From: Candidatus Aldehydirespiratoraceae bacterium
GTDB lineage: Bacteria; Actinomycetota; Acidimicrobiia; Acidimicrobiales; Aldehydirespiratoraceae
Assembly (NCBI GenBank): GCA_965261185.1
Contig: CBDHCN010000002.1
Span: forward strand, 1,760,813 to 1,824,812
Length of the DNA stretch: 64,000 bases
Direction: 5' to 3'
Shown: one piece after another, positions 60,851-64,000 of the stretch
Layout of the letters: every line of letters starts with the position of its first letter
Numbering within the stretch: the stretch's first letter is position 1
The notes under the pieces: generated by a model
Databases searched by the model: none
Seen by the model: only the letters and a program-made list of their open reading frames with translations
What the model was told of the DNA's origin: nothing
Made by a program: the position numbers and the translations under genes

Positions 60851-62768
60851 GCGGGCCACAACCCCGTCGGCTGGCGAGTTGCTGGCGGCGTGGCAGGCCG
60901 ATCAGGCTGCGACCGGTCGGGGGAACCCGGCCTCGGAGGGGGCGGCCCGGAAGTTCCTGGGTCGCTGGCCGGTCCCCCAGGACTGGGCTGATCAGCCGCT
61001 GGCTGCTCGGTTGATGTTGCCGCCGTCGACGATGTCGCTGCTCATGTGCTTGATGGTTCAGGGCTGGCTGCGCCCGGGCTGGGACTGGCTCGTGGCCCGC
61101 AAGCTGTCGAGCTTCTGGCGAGAGATCGACGGGTCGCCCCTTGAGGCTGATCTGGCCCGGTTCTGCGACACCGCAACAGCGGTCGGGTTCAGTGAGATTC
61201 AGGCGAAGCGGGCGGTGTCTCAGTCGGTCGGCCGCCTGTTGATCCAGACCGGTCGGCCTCTCGAGCAGCTCACCGTCGCCGATCTCGACGGGCTGGCCGC
61301 CGCGTGCCGGGCACGCGAGGCTGCGACCGGGCAGGGCTGGCGGCATTACCGGTCCGCGCTCGTGTGCGCCCACACGGTCCTGTTCCATCTCGGCGTCATC
61401 GACGAGCCGCCAGAACCGGCCCAGCGACCGGACAGCTTCGAGGCACGGCTGGCCGACTGCCACCCGAACCTGCGCCCCGCGTTCGTTGCCTACATCGAGC
61501 GAAAGCTCGGCACCTGCGGGTCCAAGACCGTCTCAAGCCTTACGACCCGGCTCGCTCACTTCGGCCGGTTCCTCGCCCAAGCCGACCCCGAACTCGCCTC
61601 GCTGGCCGGACTGCGGCGCCAGCGCCACATCGAACCCTACCTGAACTCGGTCGCCAACGCCGTTTCCGCCAAGACGGGCAAGGCGGTCACCGTCGCCGAC
61701 CAGGACCGCCGAATCCGAGCGGTCGGCCACATGCTCGCCGAGATCACCGAATGGGGCTGGGACGACGCCCCGACGCGCACGCTCGTGTTCCGCATCGACC
61801 ATCCCCGCAAGCCCAGGCCACTTCCCCGCTACGTGCCCGTCGACGCTGACCGGCGTCTGCGCGCTGCGCTCGAAGCCTCCACCTACCGGCTCGCCGCCGA
61901 CTCCTTGCTGTTGGCCCGAGCCGTCGGGCTGCGCATCGGCGAGCTTCTCGACCTCGAACTCGACTGCGTGCACGAGATCGGCGGACACGGAGCCTGGCTC
62001 AAGGTCCCCCTCGGCAAGCTCGACACCGAACGCATGGTCCCCCTCGACGACGAGACCGTCACCCTCATCGACCGGATCACCGCCACCCGCTGCAGCGGCC
62101 AGCCGCTGCCGCATCCCCGAACCGGCCGGCCGACCCAGTTCCTGTTCACCCACCACGGCCGACGGCTCTCGCAGAGCGCGGTCCGCAAAGAACTGGGCCG
62201 CAGCGCCAACACCGCCGGGATCAGTCACGTCACCCCCCACCAGCTACGCCACACCTACGCCACCGCCCTCGTCAACGCAGGCGTCTCGCTGCAGGCGCTC
62301 ATGGCTCTCCTCGGCCACGTCTCAGCCGAGATGAGCCTGCGCTACGCGCACCTCTTCGACTCCACCGTCCGCGCCGAATACGAACGCGCCCTCGACCTGA
62401 CCAAAGACCGCATCGGCGCCGTGCCCACACCCACCGGTCGGCCATCGATCCCCGTCACCGCCAACGACGCCCGCGCCAGCGGCTGCACCTCCGGCGACGA
62501 CTGGCGCGACGCGCCAGCCATCAAAGCACGCCTCGCCGGCGGCCACTGCTTACGCGCCCCCGCCCAGGGAGCCTGCCCCTACGCAAACATCTGCGAGCAC
62601 TGCCCCAGCTTCCGCACCGACGCCGCATCGGCCGCCGTGCTCTCCGCGCAGCGCGTCGACACCCGAGCACTCCTCGCCGACGCCCAAACACGCGGCTGGA
62701 TCGACGAAGCCGACCGACACCGTCGCCTCCTCGACCGCCTCGACACGCTCATCGCCGACACCGCATGA
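60798..62768 (+). CDS. Large tyrosine recombinase, Tn554 TnpB-like
   Basis: 656 aa with catalytic residues (GLRIGELL; VTPHQLRHTYAT; LLGHVSAEMSLRY) and a C-terminal Cys-rich extension (CLRAPAQGACPYANICEHCPSF). It overlaps the upstream recombinase gene. Confidence 0.8.
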   Translation: MSRPSSMLPVPANAPAPERATTPSAGELLAAWQADQAATGRGNPASEGAARKFLGRWPVPQDWADQPLAARLMLPPSTMSLLMCLMVQGWLRPGWDWLVARKLSSFWREIDGSPLEADLARFCDTATAVGFSEIQAKRAVSQSVGRLLIQTGRPLEQLTVADLDGLAAACRAREAATGQGWRHYRSALVCAHTVLFHLGVIDEPPEPAQRPDSFEARLADCHPNLRPAFVAYIERKLGTCGSKTVSSLTTRLAHFGRFLAQADPELASLAGLRRQRHIEPYLNSVANAVSAKTGKAVTVADQDRRIRAVGHMLAEITEWGWDDAPTRTLVFRIDHPRKPRPLPRYVPVDADRRLRAALEASTYRLAADSLLLARAVGLRIGELLDLELDCVHEIGGHGAWLKVPLGKLDTERMVPLDDETVTLIDRITATRCSGQPLPHPRTGRPTQFLFTHHGRRLSQSAVRKELGRSANTAGISHVTPHQLRHTYATALVNAGVSLQALMALLGHVSAEMSLRYAHLFDSTVRAEYERALDLTKDRIGAVPTPTGRPSIPVTANDARASGCTSGDDWRDAPAIKARLAGGHCLRAPAQGACPYANICEHCPSFRTDAASAAVLSAQRVDTRALLADAQTRGWIDEADRHRRLLDRLDTLIADTA

Positions 62769-63073
62769 CCACCAACATCGAAACCGTCGAAACCGCCTGC
62801 GCACGCCTCGCCCACAAAGGCGAGGCCATCACCTTCACCGCCATCGCCGAACACACCGGCATCAGCCGAACCACCCTCTACCGCAACCCCCAACTCCGAG
62901 CAATCATCGAAGAACACCGCCACAACACCCACGACCACCACACCATCACCGGACTCGCCACCCAAATCGCCCACCTCCACACCGGGCTCGAAGCCCTCGC
63001 CGACCGAATCCGAAACCACGAAGAACGACTCCGCCACCTCGAACGCCGCCAACCCCACCGCAAAGCCAACTAG
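62765..63073 (+). CDS. Small HTH/coiled-coil protein, Tn554 TnpC-like position (DUF6262-like)
   Basis: 102 aa with an ATGA overlap with the preceding gene. It has an HTH-like segment ITFTAIAEHTGISRTTLYRN followed by a heptad-like segment. Confidence 0.6.
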   Translation: MTTNIETVETACARLAHKGEAITFTAIAEHTGISRTTLYRNPQLRAIIEEHRHNTHDHHTITGLATQIAHLHTGLEALADRIRNHEERLRHLERRQPHRKAN

Positions 63074-63125
63074 ACGACCGGACCCAACGAACCTCGCTTC
63101 ACCCCGACCGCGATTGGCCGGATAA

Positions 63126-63389
63126 TCCTACGATAACGCCCTCGCAGAGGCCGTCAACGCGCTGTTCAAGACCGAGTTGATCCGCGGTCCCGGCCAAGGG
63201 CCATGGCGCACCGTCGACGATGTCGAACTCGCCACCTTGGGATGGGTGTACTGGTGGAACACCCAACGCATTCACAGCTACCTCGGCGACACTTCACCCG
63301 ATGACTTCGAAACGGCTTACACTGCCCGAAACACCGACCACAACACAACAGAAAACCAAAACACACACCCTGCGCAAAACCCAGGGTGA
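63126..63389 (+). pseudogene. C-terminal remnant of a different IS3-family OrfB transposase
   Basis: SYDNALAEAVNALFKTELIRGPGQGPWRTVDDVELATLGWVYWWNTQRIHSYLGDTSPDDFE is the conserved tail of rve-type IS3 transposases. A stop immediately precedes it (63123-63125). Confidence 0.65.
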
Positions 63390-63738
63390 ATCAGCTCGTG
63401 CCGTGCATTCTGTTGTGGAGTTGATTGCGTCGGTTGATGCTGTGTTTGTTGAGACGGGCCGAGGGCTGGCCGGGTGGGAGGATCCCCACCCTGGCCGTAT
63501 GCCTTTGGTTGAGGAGTATTCCCGATTGACGAACCCGCAGAAATGGGGGATCTTGGGTGCCCGGGCTGAAGCTTGGTTGAAGGCGTTGGCCGCGGCGGGC
63601 CTAGCCGAGATCGAGCCAGACGCCGGTGTGGTGTGGGAGGAGCAACCCAGGGTCGATGTTGTCCGCGTTCAGCGGGCCTTACCGCTGGGCATTGGTGCAA
63701 TCCCGCTCATCTTCGCCTGGACTCGCTTCGGTGAAGCT
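63390..63738 (+). pseudogene. Fragment of a hypothetical (possibly DUF6226-like) gene, truncated at both ends
   Basis: The frame reads ..VELIASVDAVFVETGRGLAGWEDPHPGRMPLVEEYSRLTNPQKWGILGARAEAWLKALAAAGLAEIE... Coding-like sequence ends where the 18-bp repeat and G/T-rich tract begin. The family assignment is from memory only. Confidence 0.3.
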
Positions 63739-63756
63739 TTAGCCTGGATCCACCGA

Positions 63757-63860
63757 TTGGGTGTTGGTGGGCGGGGTTGGGGTTGGGTGGGCGGGTTGGG
63801 GTTTCACGCCGGGTTTGGTGTGTTGGGTTGGGGTCGGGGTTGGGTTGGTGGCGTTGGGGA
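63757..63860 (+). repeat. G/T-rich low-complexity tract (TTGGGG/GGTTGGG-like units)
   Basis: ttgggtgttggtgggcggggttggggttgggtgggcgggttggggtttcacgccgggtttggtgtgttgggttggggtcggggttgggttggtggcgttgggg. It contains many G3-G4 runs on the plus strand. Confidence 0.75.
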
Positions 63861-64000
63861 ATGCTCAGCGCAGACAACCACTGGCTCGGCTATTGGCCTT
63901 TGCTTCCTACGAAGCTTCTATCGTTTCGCGAGAAGCAAATTCTGAGGAGCGACAGAATCCTTGTCGCACGCTTCGCGGTTTGTTGCCAATGACGAGTGCA

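Noticed and set aside
60801-62240. Minus-strand ORFs 60801-61463 and 61533-62240
   Set aside because: They are antisense to the TnpB-like recombinase and have Gly/Arg/Val-rich low-complexity products.

Overview
GC-rich bacterial chromosome segment. It most resembles Actinomycetota: the beta-prime subunit carries a coiled-coil lineage insertion, there is a mycofactocin locus, a HAIR-like operator sits upstream of clpB, and a DUF222-HNH '13E12-type' gene is present. This taxonomic placement is inference; no database search was possible and all product calls rest on motifs I recognise in the translations. The window has five blocks. (1) 1-14.4 kb, all on the minus strand, is the conserved core cluster: tRNA-Thr, tRNA-Met, [ECF sigma/anti-sigma], tRNA-Trp, secE, nusG, rplK, rplA, rplJ, rplL, [PTP-like phosphatase], rpoB, rpoC, rpsL. 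(2) 15.7-31.3 kb is a mycofactocin (MFT) island. mftA-B-C-D-E are contiguous and are followed by an MFT-type SDR, two NDMA-type alcohol dehydrogenases, a 2OG-Fe(II) oxygenase, two vapBC-type toxin-antitoxin pairs, a DUF2461 gene and a MoxR-AAA/VWA pair. mftF lies at the far end, and an LLM/F420-type oxidoreductase is divergent from mftA. (3) 31.4-38.6 kb is accessory and highly repetitive. A 1555-bp IS3-family element is inserted in the signal-peptide region of an SLH + RCC1-like repeat surface protein gene. A DUF222-HNH endonuclease gene there carries a 66-bp x ~8.7 tandem repeat. (4) 38.6-56.1 kb holds core genes: DUF2237, GNAT, tRNA-Tyr, yajQ, htpX, acs, a crotonase, a serine hydrolase, an HD protein, clpB, purA, purB, malic enzyme, a FadH-like reductase, tRNA-Phe and tRNA-Asp. 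(5) 56.3-64.0 kb is a pile of decayed and nested mobile DNA. It contains a truncated CoA-transferase gene, a frameshifted and truncated IS1380-like transposase, a second inverted copy of the IS3-family element, a Tn554-like tnpA/tnpB/tnpC recombinase module, another IS3-type transposase remnant and a G/T-rich tract. I did not find an obviously new multi-gene system. The best leads are the MoxR/VWA-mftF operon link, the Tn554-like module with its bracketing 18-bp repeat, and the reconstructable IS-disrupted surface protein gene. No CRISPR array and no rRNA were seen.
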